64,000 nt of DNA from positions 448,001-512,000 of the forward strand of contig OZ219750.1 in NCBI GenBank assembly GCA_964291315.2, read 5' to 3'. Numbering within the stretch: position 1 is the stretch's first letter; each line of letters opens with the position of its first letter. The DNA is from Candidatus Poribacteria bacterium. Its GTDB lineage: Bacteria; Poribacteria; WGA-4E; WGA-3G. A program made the translations under genes and the position numbers. Positions 29,150-40,080 of this stretch are shown one piece after another. Below the pieces are notes generated by a model. It had not been told where the DNA came from, did no database searches, and was given only the letters and a program-made list of their open reading frames with translations.

Positions 29150-30727
29150 ATGCTAACGTTTTTCCTCACGTTCTTTGTACTCCTCATCAATGCTGGTACA
29201 CATCTTTTTCAGATGCAGGGATACTATCTTGCGGTCAGCCATTGTTATTACGGTGTTGCTATTCTTGCTGTTATATACGTTAGACCTCGCGAGCAAAACG
29301 TCCTATTTGGTGTTACGGCGATAGCCAATTGGGTTTACGTTTTCCGCTATCCGGGGCAAGCGGAGGGTATCATTGTTGCACTCCTTTATCCGTTTCTTAT
29401 GTTCGGTGTTATTCGTGTCATTCGCCAATTTCAGTATCAACGCCGCAGTCGTGTTGAAGAGATAGAGGAGATAAACAGTGTCAACGCGAATTTAGAAAAA
29501 CAGATAAGAGACATCTCTACGCTTTTTGAGGTGAGCCAAGCTGCCAACGCCGACATTGAGTTGGAGGGACTCTTTCAGCGTATCATTAAGATCCTCTCTA
29601 AGCGACTCGGTATATACCGCGGGGCGTTGCATCTTTATGAGGACGGCAAGGTTGTTACGGAGGTGGAAACCTTCTTAGGCCTCACCGCTGCTGAGATGAA
29701 ACGAGGCACCGACAATCAAATAGAAGATATTCAGAGACAGGTGCTTGCATCGGGTAAAGCGATCGGTGTGCCACAAACACGGAGGTCCCGCAGTTATGTT
29801 AAACTCTTTGAACCGGAACGCCTCGAGTCGAAGGATATAATTGCGTTCTGGTGCATCCCGGTTATTATAGAGGAGCAGGTTATCGGCACCTTAACTATTG
29901 ACAAAGCATCGGATGAATTTTCGGCGGAGGACGACAGGCGGCTCTTGACAATTATCGCCTCCACCATCGCGCAACGAGTTAAAATTCAGCAGACAATTGA
30001 CGCGCTCGTTGAGTCAGAACGGATGGCAACACTCGGCAGATTGGTTGGAACTATTGCACACGAGGTGCGAAATCCTTTAGGGAGTATCCGACTTGGTACC
30101 CAACTCCTGCAGCATACTGATCTGGCGGAATCGGATTCTCCCGTCGGATTCTGTTCTAACCAGAAACGGCTTTCTCAGAACGAGGTTAAGGAATATACGG
30201 CGATCATTATCAAAGAGGTGGACAGGCTGAACCGGTTCATTGAGCAACTTCTCGCTTTCAGCAAACCGGCAATGCAAGCTACAAAACAGATAGATGTTCA
30301 TCAACTCATTGATAATAGTCTTGCTGTCTGTCGTCCGGAATTAGATCATCGTACAATTACGGTAGCAACTCAATATGATAACGATTGTCCGCAGATCAAT
30401 ATCAACGAAGACGGAATAACGCAAGTACTTCTAAACTTGTTTTACAATGCTATTGAGGCGATCGATGCAGAGGGAACGCTGAGCGTACAGACAGAATATC
30501 TACCAGAGACACAAATTGTCCAAGTGCGGGTTCAAGATGACGGCCCCGGGATTCCGCCTGAGGATATTCCAATGCTCTTCGATCCGTTTTATACCACAAA
30601 ACAGAAGGGGACTGGGCTGGGACTCTATATTAGTCAAAAGATTCTTGCCCAACACCAGGGCAGCATTGAAGTTGATGCAGATCTTGCAGTCGGCACAGCG
30701 TTTGTTATATCTTTTCTTGTAGATTAA
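29150..30727 (+). CDS. Membrane sensor histidine kinase (TM + GAF + HisKA + HATPase), NtrB-like
   Basis: IAHEVRNPL, QVLLNL..NA, DDGPGI, FDPFYTTK..GTGLGL. Confidence 0.92.
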   Translation: MLTFFLTFFVLLINAGTHLFQMQGYYLAVSHCYYGVAILAVIYVRPREQNVLFGVTAIANWVYVFRYPGQAEGIIVALLYPFLMFGVIRVIRQFQYQRRSRVEEIEEINSVNANLEKQIRDISTLFEVSQAANADIELEGLFQRIIKILSKRLGIYRGALHLYEDGKVVTEVETFLGLTAAEMKRGTDNQIEDIQRQVLASGKAIGVPQTRRSRSYVKLFEPERLESKDIIAFWCIPVIIEEQVIGTLTIDKASDEFSAEDDRRLLTIIASTIAQRVKIQQTIDALVESERMATLGRLVGTIAHEVRNPLGSIRLGTQLLQHTDLAESDSPVGFCSNQKRLSQNEVKEYTAIIIKEVDRLNRFIEQLLAFSKPAMQATKQIDVHQLIDNSLAVCRPELDHRTITVATQYDNDCPQININEDGITQVLLNLFYNAIEAIDAEGTLSVQTEYLPETQIVQVRVQDDGPGIPPEDIPMLFDPFYTTKQKGTGLGLYISQKILAQHQGSIEVDADLAVGTAFVISFLVD

Positions 30728-30872
30728 CGTGAGTTCGAGGATCCGAGTGCTGTTGTCTTCTGTAGGGGGTCTTTCTATTCCTAAGTATAGTCTACAAAAG
30801 GCAACGAAAGTCGGGCTTTGGAAATCTCTCGTACAGAAGAGGGTTTTAATAGCGAAACTAATGGGGAAGAAT

Positions 30873-32288
30873 ATGTCGAATGTAGTCCTTATCGCTGATG
30901 ATGATCATAGTCTGCGACATATACTCGCTGCGACTCTCGAAAGGGCAGGCTATGATACCGTCAAGGCGAGAAATGGAAGTGAAACCTTGGAGGCTGTCAA
31001 GCGAGCTAATGTTGATGTCATTCTGCTCGATATTTGGTTAGGTGATGTGAATGGGCTAGCGTTGATTGAGGAAATCCAACAGCATAATAGCACTGCCTCG
31101 ATCATTATAATTACGGCACATGGAACGACGCAGACCGCTATTGATGCAGCGAAGCAACGTGCTTATTGGTATTTGACGAAACCGATTGACCAGAGGCAGC
31201 TCTTGGAGCTGGTGGAGCGCGCTGCTGATGCGAGCAACCAGACGAAGAGCGCTAGCACATCTGTACTGCCTGATGTTGACAAACAGGGCAGAATAGTTGG
31301 GCAGGGCCCGGCGATGCAGGAGATATACCTTAAGATTGGACGCGCCGCCGTCAGTGACGAAACCGTCCTTGTTTTAGGCGAGAGCGGTACCGGAAAGGAG
31401 CTTGTCGCCCAATTGATTCACCAAAACAGTCATCGGGCACATAATCCGTTCGTTGTTGTCGATTGTGGGGCTATGCCGTCTAGTCTTATCGAGAGCACGC
31501 TCTTTGGGCACGTCAAAGGTGCGTATACTGATGCCCACACCGCGAGAAAGGGGAAATTTCAACAAGCAGATAGTGGGACGATTTTTCTTGATGAAATTGG
31601 GGAGCTGCCAGTTGAAGTCCAGATGAAACTCCTCCGCGTGCTACAGGAGCGAGAGGTAGAACCGATGGGAGGCACCGAAACACATGCTGTTGATGTCCGC
31701 ATTATTGCAGCGACTAACCGCCGTCTTGAAACCGCAATTAAACAGAGGGTGTTCAGAGAAGACCTTTACTATCGTCTTAACGTTATTCCGATTTCGCTGC
31801 CACCTCTCCGGGAAAGAAAAGAGGATATTCCAGAACTGATAGATCTATTTACGCACCGGTTTGTAGAAGAATATGAGCTCCCAGAAATTCGTATCTCCAC
31901 GGAGGTCATCAAACTCCTCACATCTTATGAGTGGCCCGGCAACGTTCGCGAATTGGAGAACACTATCAAGCGCGCATTGGTCATGTGTGCGGGCCAGATG
32001 CTGCTTCCTGAGCATTTTGACTCTATTAAACCCGGGGCTCTCAGTCAGGAGCAGCAAGGCCCCCTTGATGCTCAGGTTTACGCGCTGCTCCAAGCGTATG
32101 TAGTCCAATACATGGAGTCAGAAGCAGCAACCGGTGAACTTTACGCTGAAATTCGCGCTACCTTTGAGAAACCGCTCTTTAAAATTGTGCTTGAGCACAC
32201 CAAGGGAAATCGGAGTAGGGCGGCTGACTTCCTCGGTATTAACCGAAATACGCTCTATACAAAGTTGGTTGAGCATAAATTGGTTTAG
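30873..32288 (+). CDS. Sigma54-dependent response regulator (NtrC family)
   Basis: Receiver (LIADDD, LLDIWL, TKP), GESGTGKE, GAYTDA, FLDEIGE, WPGNVREL, Fis-type HTH; start placed at MSNVVL. Confidence 0.93.
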   Translation: MSNVVLIADDDHSLRHILAATLERAGYDTVKARNGSETLEAVKRANVDVILLDIWLGDVNGLALIEEIQQHNSTASIIIITAHGTTQTAIDAAKQRAYWYLTKPIDQRQLLELVERAADASNQTKSASTSVLPDVDKQGRIVGQGPAMQEIYLKIGRAAVSDETVLVLGESGTGKELVAQLIHQNSHRAHNPFVVVDCGAMPSSLIESTLFGHVKGAYTDAHTARKGKFQQADSGTIFLDEIGELPVEVQMKLLRVLQEREVEPMGGTETHAVDVRIIAATNRRLETAIKQRVFREDLYYRLNVIPISLPPLRERKEDIPELIDLFTHRFVEEYELPEIRISTEVIKLLTSYEWPGNVRELENTIKRALVMCAGQMLLPEHFDSIKPGALSQEQQGPLDAQVYALLQAYVVQYMESEAATGELYAEIRATFEKPLFKIVLEHTKGNRSRAADFLGINRNTLYTKLVEHKLV

Positions 32289-32398
32289 TTGCTTTCGGCA
32301 GTTATAGTTCAAGAGTTTTAGCTAATATATAGCTTATAACCAACAACTGATAGCTATGCCGCAAATAAATTGAAGGACAGTAAGGAAAAATAAAACTA

Positions 32399-32701
32399 AT
32401 GGATTTAGGGAAAGTTATTGGTACTGTCGTTGCGACGCGAAAAGATCCGAGTTTGGAAGGCACACGTCTGCTGCTTGTGCAACCTTTAGATGAGAAATAT
32501 GAGCCTATTTCTGAACCACTTGTGGCAGTCGATACCTTACATGACGCGGGTGTAGATGAAATCGTTTACATTGTTACCGGCGGCGATGCTGTCAGCATTA
32601 CGCCAGGGAAACGGATGCCGGTAGATGTTGCCATTGTTGGAATTGTTGATTCGTTTTCTCTGCTTGAGGACACGGACTCGGGCTCAGAAGTGGAAAGTTG
32701 A
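32399..32701 (+). CDS. Bacterial microcompartment vertex (BMC-P, EutN/CcmL family) protein
   Basis: GKVIGTVVATRKDP.L.G..LLLVQP, VAVD, VDVAIVGIVD. Confidence 0.92.
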   Translation: MDLGKVIGTVVATRKDPSLEGTRLLLVQPLDEKYEPISEPLVAVDTLHDAGVDEIVYIVTGGDAVSITPGKRMPVDVAIVGIVDSFSLLEDTDSGSEVES

Positions 32702-32704
32702 AAA

Positions 32705-32992
32705 ATGTACCTGGCGAAGGTAATCGGGAAAGTCGTTTCTGTCGTTAAACATCCTGCATATAAGAACCGGACTCTGCTGCTCATTCAGCCTCTGAGTTTG
32801 AAGTCTCAACTTGTTCGCGCCCCGACGATTGCTGTTGACTATGTGGGGGCAGGTGAGGGAGACACGGTAATTGTAGGAGCGGGGCCCGGTGTAGCACAAG
32901 AAGTTTTCGGTGTCGAAGATGCACCGATTCGTGAACTCATCATGGGCATTGTTGACCATTTTAATATGGCATCTCAGGAGGAAAAACAGTGA
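32705..32992 (+). CDS. Bacterial microcompartment vertex (BMC-P, EutN/CcmL family) protein
   Basis: MYLAKVIG.VVS..KH, IAVDYVGAGEGD.V, IMGIVD. Confidence 0.9.
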   Translation: MYLAKVIGKVVSVVKHPAYKNRTLLLIQPLSLKSQLVRAPTIAVDYVGAGEGDTVIVGAGPGVAQEVFGVEDAPIRELIMGIVDHFNMASQEEKQ

Positions 32993-33576
32993 AACGTGTT
33001 ATTGCACTTTTGGGTTGTTTTCTATTGAGTTCTTTACTTTTCACTGCTTGCAGAGTAGCGCATGTGTTGTCAACACAATACAGTCAAAATATTGCGCAAG
33101 CCACCTATGGCACAGAGTCGAATCACCCGGGTATGAACGATGGAAATCTCCATACGCGCGCGACGCTTCCGGCGGAAAATGAACGGAACTTTGTTATCCG
33201 GTTTGCTGAGGTTTATCCGGTGCGGAAAATCATCGTTCACAATGGAAACCTCTTCCGTTTTGAAATGCAATACTTAAACGATGCGACTGGACGGTGGAAA
33301 ACTTTTGATACAGTTATCCAACGGCGGAATATTGGCGATGAACGCGCACAATCTGAATTTGTTTTTGATAAATTAAATTTTCAGACCCGGATGATTCGCA
33401 TCGCTGTCACTAGAACCATTGACGATGTGATTGTGAACAAGGTAATCGCTGAACCTGGAGATAGAGTTGTTAACCAGCGGAGAACCCTTGCGGGTCTTTA
33501 CTACCCGCACTACCGCGTCGTACAGCCCGCGATTGCTCAAATTCGGGAGATTGAGGTTTATCATCTTGCGAAGTAA
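32989..33576 (+). CDS. Putative lipoprotein, discoidin/galactose-binding-like fold
   Basis: Lipobox-like LFTAC; .NDGN, IREIEVY C-terminus. Confidence 0.6.
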   Translation: MKRVIALLGCFLLSSLLFTACRVAHVLSTQYSQNIAQATYGTESNHPGMNDGNLHTRATLPAENERNFVIRFAEVYPVRKIIVHNGNLFRFEMQYLNDATGRWKTFDTVIQRRNIGDERAQSEFVFDKLNFQTRMIRIAVTRTIDDVIVNKVIAEPGDRVVNQRRTLAGLYYPHYRVVQPAIAQIREIEVYHLAK

Positions 33577-33604
33577 CCATCAACTGGAGAGTCGACTGCT
33601 GAAA

Positions 33605-36600
33605 GTGAAAGAAGCAAACGTTCTGCTGGCTGATCATTGTCCGGTAAAGATTCGCGAGGTTATCTGCTTCGTATTTGTGGCACTCTTTTGCTTTTTTGAC
33701 GTATCCTTTTTTTTCCCTGCCTCTTTCGATCACTTCTATGGTCGTGCGGATGCGGCCCCGGTTTCATCAGATTCTCGGCGTGCTGGGTCTGCTGCCCGTG
33801 GAGGAGAAGTCCGAAGAGAGATTGAATGGGTGCGTACAACCTCGCAAGGCGTAACCATTCAGCTCCTCATTCCTGAGTCCGATTTTGAAGTAGGAATAGA
33901 GACAGATGCCCCTGGACAATCGCAGCTCCGCGCTGTTGAAGGTGAGGGGGTTTCCTTTCCCGGCTGTCGTTTCACCCTGCAACCTCCGTTTGCTTTTCGC
34001 TTCCCGGTTCAATCCACCCTTATCAGTGTACCCGCAGAATCGAATTTTCAGGTCCGGGTTGTTGATCAGGATTTTAGCACACGTAAGCTCCAAAACGTTA
34101 TCTCTGCTTCGACTTCAGCGCCGTACGGAGTGGCCAAATCAGACATCTCAAGATTAAAAACAGACCATTTTTTTCCGAGCGGTCTTGTAGAGACTAAACA
34201 AGCGGGGTGGATCCGTGAAAACCGGGTCCTCCCGATTCAGCTCAACCCTGTCCAATACAATCCTGTGCGCGGAGAAATACGGCTTTATCACAGGCTTGTC
34301 GTTGAGGTCCGTTTTATCCATTCTGTCGATATGATGTCTACACGGCGCGGTCCGCTAACGCTTGAATCTTCTGTTTATGATACAATTTTTGAAAGTCTGT
34401 TGGTTAATCCGCAAGATGTCCAGCAGTGGCGTGCTCCGATTGTCCGAATTGCGAAAGCCCCGAGCATTTCTTCAGTGGGGCCTCGCTGCAAACTCAGCGT
34501 TACGAAGGATGGAATGTATAGCGTTCCCGGACGGGATCTAGAAGCTATCGGCATTAGCATAGGTACTATTGCCCCGCGCACATTGGCGTTGACGAATAGA
34601 GGGAAACGGGTTCCGATCTTTGTCCGGGGCGAAAACGATGGCAGATTCGATGCGACAGATGAAATTATTTTCTACGGCGAGCGGCTCCATGGGGATACTA
34701 GTTATATTAATCCGTTTTCTGATGAGAACGTATATTGGCTTTCGTGGAACGCTGGCCCGGGGAGTCGGATGGGAACACGGGCATCTCTAGACGGAACGGT
34801 CAACGCTCAAGTCCATCAACACTTTCTCACCCGTGCACATTTTGAAAAGGATAACCACTTTAGACGGTTTCCGAATGCTAACTTGACGGCGGAGCAGAGG
34901 TATAGAGAATTTAGCCAGGGGCTACAGGAGCGTTGGTTTGTTTTGAGCCAGTTGCCTCCACTTCCAAGGGATAGTTGGTTCTGGGCGCAATTAACTGCAC
35001 CTACCTCGAAGCCGTTTGGTTTAACGCTTTCCGGTGTTACAGAAACTGCACTCCCGGCAACTATACGGATCGGATTTTACGGCAGATCCGAAACTGACCA
35101 TCAAGCCAGTGTGTGGCTAAACGATGAAGTCAAGCTTGGAGAAGCACTTTGGCGCGGTGAAGCCGAGTATCAACTTCAGGAACAACGTCCCCAATTTTTT
35201 CTCAAGAATGGGCGAAACGTCATTCGGATTATGAATCCAGAGAGTACTGAAGAACTCCTTGACATCATTATGCTCAACTGGATTCAGATTGACTATCGGC
35301 GGGATTTCCGGGCAAAAGCAGATGTGCTGCCGTTTGCGATCACGCCGTTTCCAGATGAGGCGGGGGTTGTAAATCCAAATTTTGAGGTGGTTTTAGATAA
35401 TTTCTCTACGCCTGACATCGAGGTTTATGGGATTGATGGGACGCGGTATGTCGGTTTGGCGCCTATAGTTGACCCGCAACAGCCTGGCACTTACCGGCTT
35501 CCATTCCGTTCAACCCAAATTCGGCCTAAGGACGTAGATGATCCTTCCATTCAGTATATAGCGCTCACGCGTAGCCAGTTCGAAAAGCCGAACATTTCTG
35601 TAGATACGCCGTCCGATTTGCGGAGTAGTCACAATGCTGCAGATTACATTATTATTACACATCGGAGTTTTCTTGAAGACGTTCAGCCGCTTGCTGATTT
35701 TCGCAGTCAACAAGGTATGCGTACTAAGGTCGTTGATATTCAAGATGTTTACGACGAGTTTAGTCACGGAATCCTGGATCCGAGTGCTATCCGTGAATTC
35801 CTCAGTTATGCTTACCATAATTGGCAGCCGCTAGCACCGACCTATGTTTTCCTCGTAGGAGACACACATATTGATCTTAAGAACCAAATTAATTTTGTGC
35901 CAACAACACAGGTGCAAATTCCAGGATATGGTGCCACAGCCAGCGACCATCAATTTGTCACTTTTCGAGGCACGGACAGTTTTCCAGATATGTTAATTGG
36001 GAGGATGCCGGCGAATAATCGTGTGGATGTTCGTATCTTTGTTGAGCGTACAATCAACTATGAAACGACTGCACCTGTCGGTCCGTGGCACAAACGGCTT
36101 CTCATGCTTGCGGGTTCAGATCTCAGGTTTCACTCACAAACCGACCGCCTTATTTCACAGAATCAGCTCAGCAGCAGATATGAAACTGAGCGTATCTATG
36201 CACCCCATACAGACGAACCGGATTTCGATGAACGTATCCGATCTCCTATCGCGAGGCGCGTTATTGACGGATTCAACTCCGGTGTTAGTCTTGTTAATTA
36301 TATCGGACACGGCGGCGGCGGTATTTGGTCGTCTAGTCGAATGCTGGACTTTGAAGATCCTGAACAGAACCTAACTAATATTTCACAGCTCCCGTTGATT
36401 ATCAGTATGACCTGTTTCACAGGTTCGTTTGATAGTGGGAAAAATAGTCTTGCTGAAGAGCTCCTCCGATCTGAGAACGGTGGGGCGATTGCAGTTATCG
36501 GGGCCACGAGTATCGGGTTGTTAGATGGAGATTATCTCCTTAACTTGGAGATTTTCGATGTTATTTTCAGGCAACGGACGCAACACATCGGAGCTATTCT

Positions 36601-38719
36601 CGCGAAAGCTAAAACTCAGTTTCTTATCAATTTCCCGGGGTATCTCGATCTAGCTGAAGTCTTTACACTTTTCGGGGACCCCGCAACCCGACTGAAACTG
36701 CCAAACAAACAGATAGAAGTTACAGTGAAGGTTGGTGCCTTGAGCGCGCAGGGGACCTTGTTGACTGTCTCTGGAACCCTGCCGGATCGCGCCTTTAGTG
36801 GAGATGCCGAAATTACTGTCGTTCCTTCAATAGAGGATGTGCTTGATCTACCGACGGAACACGAAAATGCCGCTGTCACCAACGGACAATTCACCACAGA
36901 AATAGAAGTTCCAGCAGGTATCGAATTTGATGTCGGTGATGTACAGGTTTACGCTTGGAATGCCGATGAAGATTTAATGGGGCATACCTCGTATAATCTT
37001 TTATCTCGATACGTGGATAATGTCCGTATTGCCCCCTATCCGGTTGAACCACATCAGCCTGTTCATCTTTACGCAGAGGTGGTGGATGCAAGCGGAATTG
37101 AAGCGTTGACTCTTTTTTGGAGTTGGGACGGTATCGAGTTTTTCACTATTCCTGTGAGTCGTCAGGTAGGCACGACTTATAGAAGTGAACAACCTATTCC
37201 CGGGTACCCTGAGGGCGACCTTATCGATTATTACTTAGAGGTGAAAGTAAAAGGTGGACGGACATTCCAAACGGAGACTGTGCTTTATGAGTTCGGAGAG
37301 GTTAGATCTGAGGTGGATCTCCTACTTTTGGACCAGACGATCGCCTGGAGCAGCACCCCACCGTTTAAGCTCTTAGCACAAATCCGTAATAGAGGCAGCG
37401 AAACTGCTCGAAATGTCCCTATCCGATTTTTTCTCGAAAGCGTGGTCCCTGGAACTGATACTTCTGTTGTAAATAGTGCTTCTGTTCCTACGCTTGAAAC
37501 CTTACAGAAAGCGACACCACTTGGCGACGTTCAAATCGTCCCCGAAATCTTGCCCGGTAACCAAGCAACTGTGAGCGTGCCGTGGCAACCTGTCCCTGGG
37601 GACTATCTCATCACGGTCTACGTAGATCCGCCCTCTGCTGATCTACCGCGAGGGAGTATCCTCGAACAACAAGAGCAGAATAATAGCGCAGTGCGGCGAT
37701 TCACCGGCAATAGGTTTTTTCTCACACCCGAAACCCTCGACTCACCGATCCACAGTCCAGATGGCAATTTCCGAGTTACTATTCCACCGCGGAACCTTCG
37801 AGGCCCGACTATACTAACATACTCGGAAGAAACTTTATCTGTTACGAAACAACCCGATATTACTATGGTTTCAGCGTCCATGCCACAGGTCGCTTATCGA
37901 CTGGATTTGAATGTGCAGACCGAGTTGATGGCCACCGTTAATTTTTTAAAAACAGCAAGCGACGATGCCTATATCTATAGGCGTGACGATGATACCGGTA
38001 ATTGGATTCGAGCGGGTGGTGAGGCTGCGGGTGGCGAGAATGTCTCTGTGGAGGTCAAACTACCGGGAATGTTCGCGCTGTTATCCCATAGCGATTCGAG
38101 TCCTCCTTCGGTTGAACTCACTTTTGAACATCAGGGTTTCGTTGATGGCGACTATGTTTCCGATACACCTGTTATCTCTGCACGGATTGAGGATGCCAAC
38201 GGTATTGATTCGCGCCCAGAACACATCCTTCTCACTAAAAATGGACAGCGCGTGCCGGAAGATGAATATACAATTGCTGCATCACCGACTAATAATAACC
38301 TATTGTTGGTGACCTATACACCTGTTTTGGAACCTGGTGAATATCGCATTCGGCTGCAGGCACAGGACGCAAACGGCAATGTGTCAGACACCGAGCGAGT
38401 AGGAAAGGTCGCGGGCGAATTTGAGATTGCAAACATCGCTAATTTCCCCAATCCATTTGCTCCGGGAAGCGGCACGCATTTCGCTTACTATCTCACGGAG
38501 AGTGCTGACGAGGTGAGTCTGAATATCTATACGATAACGGGGCGGCGTATCGCAGCGATCGATACCCTTGATGCTTCTGTTTCTTATAACGAATTCCACT
38601 ACGACGGGTATGATGCGGAGGGTGAACCGCTTGCGAACGGTGTTTATCTCTACAAATTTACGGCTCGTAAAGGTGATATCCGTAAACAGATGGTCGGTAA
38701 AATAGCGGTTCGGAAGTAG
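33605..38719 (+). CDS. Peptidase C25 (gingipain/PorU-like) with propeptide, CARDB-like domain and FlgD-Ig/T9SS-like C-terminal domain
   Basis: PVQYNP propeptide, ADYIIITH, VYDEFSHG, GRMPA, catalytic NYIGHG and SMTCFTG, LFGDPA, NFPNPF...LANGVYLY; start uncertain (ORF track 33467). Confidence 0.9.
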   Translation: MKEANVLLADHCPVKIREVICFVFVALFCFFDVSFFFPASFDHFYGRADAAPVSSDSRRAGSAARGGEVRREIEWVRTTSQGVTIQLLIPESDFEVGIETDAPGQSQLRAVEGEGVSFPGCRFTLQPPFAFRFPVQSTLISVPAESNFQVRVVDQDFSTRKLQNVISASTSAPYGVAKSDISRLKTDHFFPSGLVETKQAGWIRENRVLPIQLNPVQYNPVRGEIRLYHRLVVEVRFIHSVDMMSTRRGPLTLESSVYDTIFESLLVNPQDVQQWRAPIVRIAKAPSISSVGPRCKLSVTKDGMYSVPGRDLEAIGISIGTIAPRTLALTNRGKRVPIFVRGENDGRFDATDEIIFYGERLHGDTSYINPFSDENVYWLSWNAGPGSRMGTRASLDGTVNAQVHQHFLTRAHFEKDNHFRRFPNANLTAEQRYREFSQGLQERWFVLSQLPPLPRDSWFWAQLTAPTSKPFGLTLSGVTETALPATIRIGFYGRSETDHQASVWLNDEVKLGEALWRGEAEYQLQEQRPQFFLKNGRNVIRIMNPESTEELLDIIMLNWIQIDYRRDFRAKADVLPFAITPFPDEAGVVNPNFEVVLDNFSTPDIEVYGIDGTRYVGLAPIVDPQQPGTYRLPFRSTQIRPKDVDDPSIQYIALTRSQFEKPNISVDTPSDLRSSHNAADYIIITHRSFLEDVQPLADFRSQQGMRTKVVDIQDVYDEFSHGILDPSAIREFLSYAYHNWQPLAPTYVFLVGDTHIDLKNQINFVPTTQVQIPGYGATASDHQFVTFRGTDSFPDMLIGRMPANNRVDVRIFVERTINYETTAPVGPWHKRLLMLAGSDLRFHSQTDRLISQNQLSSRYETERIYAPHTDEPDFDERIRSPIARRVIDGFNSGVSLVNYIGHGGGGIWSSSRMLDFEDPEQNLTNISQLPLIISMTCFTGSFDSGKNSLAEELLRSENGGAIAVIGATSIGLLDGDYLLNLEIFDVIFRQRTQHIGAILAKAKTQFLINFPGYLDLAEVFTLFGDPATRLKLPNKQIEVTVKVGALSAQGTLLTVSGTLPDRAFSGDAEITVVPSIEDVLDLPTEHENAAVTNGQFTTEIEVPAGIEFDVGDVQVYAWNADEDLMGHTSYNLLSRYVDNVRIAPYPVEPHQPVHLYAEVVDASGIEALTLFWSWDGIEFFTIPVSRQVGTTYRSEQPIPGYPEGDLIDYYLEVKVKGGRTFQTETVLYEFGEVRSEVDLLLLDQTIAWSSTPPFKLLAQIRNRGSETARNVPIRFFLESVVPGTDTSVVNSASVPTLETLQKATPLGDVQIVPEILPGNQATVSVPWQPVPGDYLITVYVDPPSADLPRGSILEQQEQNNSAVRRFTGNRFFLTPETLDSPIHSPDGNFRVTIPPRNLRGPTILTYSEETLSVTKQPDITMVSASMPQVAYRLDLNVQTELMATVNFLKTASDDAYIYRRDDDTGNWIRAGGEAAGGENVSVEVKLPGMFALLSHSDSSPPSVELTFEHQGFVDGDYVSDTPVISARIEDANGIDSRPEHILLTKNGQRVPEDEYTIAASPTNNNLLLVTYTPVLEPGEYRIRLQAQDANGNVSDTERVGKVAGEFEIANIANFPNPFAPGSGTHFAYYLTESADEVSLNIYTITGRRIAAIDTLDASVSYNEFHYDGYDAEGEPLANGVYLYKFTARKGDIRKQMVGKIAVRK

Positions 38720-38858
38720 TTGTGATTTGAAAATTTGTCCGCGTTCTGTACCGGGCGTTTGGAAATATCACCTGCAGAACGGAGAAGGAAAGTGGTCTGC
38801 CTTTGGAGACGTTTTCAGCAGTGTTGGTGCAATTACAGTCGACATACAAAAAATGGGA

Positions 38859-39848
38859 TCACCCGCGCGCAAATACCAAAACATCGTAATCCTGCCCGTT
38901 GTATGCAAATTGATTTCTGAATCGCCCCTCACAATTAAACCTAGCAGTCTCTAAAATTGATGCCTTCTGATCGGAATTGCTATCAACGTAACATTGTACC
39001 TTCGCTTGAGGGAACTTCAACGCGGAGAGCAAGTCCGGAACGTAGTCTGCAAAATTTGGATGAAAAAAGAGGTCCAACACCGCAGAGGACGGTTTCCAGC
39101 GTTCGTCCCAACTGATAGTCGCCCATCCAACGATGGCACCGTCCCAGGTAACGATACATTTGGCATCGGTATAGATACCTTCAACTTCCAGATCGTGTTT
39201 GAAACTGAGGAAGCCTCCTTCAAGGTTGGTGGGCCCGTAGATGTTCCAGGTAAGACTCCGTAGTGTGTCGCCTCCAACAATTCCTGAGAGTGCAGTGACT
39301 TTTGGCCAGTCGTGCCATTCAACAGGTTTCGGCTCGGCAGCAGCGGGCGCGAAGTAGCATTCTTCAAAGCTTGAATTAACGTGATACTTCATAAATCCGG
39401 ATTCTGGAAACACGCTCTCAAATCCGAAGCTATGGTAGATGTGGTACGGATGGCTATTGTAACCTGTGCCGAGGTAGAGGGCGCGCCCGGTGCGCTGGCG
39501 GAAATCGTCCATCTGATATTCCATCACCGCTTTACATGCACCTTTCCTGCGTTGGTTCGGGAGCGTAAAGACGTGCCCCAAAATGCCGATGCCCTCATGT
39601 TCCACCGTCATAATGTTGGTAATCACATTTCCATTAAGTTTACCGACATAGAAACGGGTTTCTAACGCGTCAAGGACTTCTGTGACACACCGCTCAATAT
39701 GCCACTTATAGTTGCCGAGTTTATGTCCAAGGAATTGTTTCACTTCTTCGGCGTGAGACACATCGGGGGCAGCAATTACACCGATTTCCATCTGTTCTTT
39801 TGTTTTTAGTAGCGTTTCTCCGAGTTTATTGTACATAGTTGTCTCCAC
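38859..39848 (-). CDS. GNAT family acetyltransferase
   Basis: GHVFTLPNQRRKGAC acetyl-CoA motif A; YHIYHSFGF. Confidence 0.8.
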   Translation of the reverse strand: METTMYNKLGETLLKTKEQMEIGVIAAPDVSHAEEVKQFLGHKLGNYKWHIERCVTEVLDALETRFYVGKLNGNVITNIMTVEHEGIGILGHVFTLPNQRRKGACKAVMEYQMDDFRQRTGRALYLGTGYNSHPYHIYHSFGFESVFPESGFMKYHVNSSFEECYFAPAAAEPKPVEWHDWPKVTALSGIVGGDTLRSLTWNIYGPTNLEGGFLSFKHDLEVEGIYTDAKCIVTWDGAIVGWATISWDERWKPSSAVLDLFFHPNFADYVPDLLSALKFPQAKVQCYVDSNSDQKASILETARFNCEGRFRNQFAYNGQDYDVLVFARG

Positions 39849-40080
39849 TCAATTTATTTTTGCTCATGACTATTTTCCAACTCCAAGTGTCGGTATTCGG
39901 AAAGGTGTCTACAAAATGTTGTGAGCTTTAAAAAAATAAAATTGCAAATAATTTGAAAATATGATATACTAAAAAAATCTTGATGTCAAGTCTGAAGAGG
40001 CTTGTATTACATGGAGTAGTCGCTCATGTTTAAGACGGCGGTGCTGTGTTGGCACCCCTAAAGGGTCAGATGGAGGATCC

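Noticed and set aside
30729-30872. N-terminal extension of the NtrC-like regulator
   Set aside because: Made of a MITE end plus a REP-like palindrome (related to 41428-41500); the receiver domain starts at 30873
33707-33714. T8 tract in the C25 peptidase N-terminus (and A8 at 43663 in a TPR gene) as phase-variable sites
   Set aside because: Genes are in frame, short A/T runs are common here, and there is no paralogous evidence
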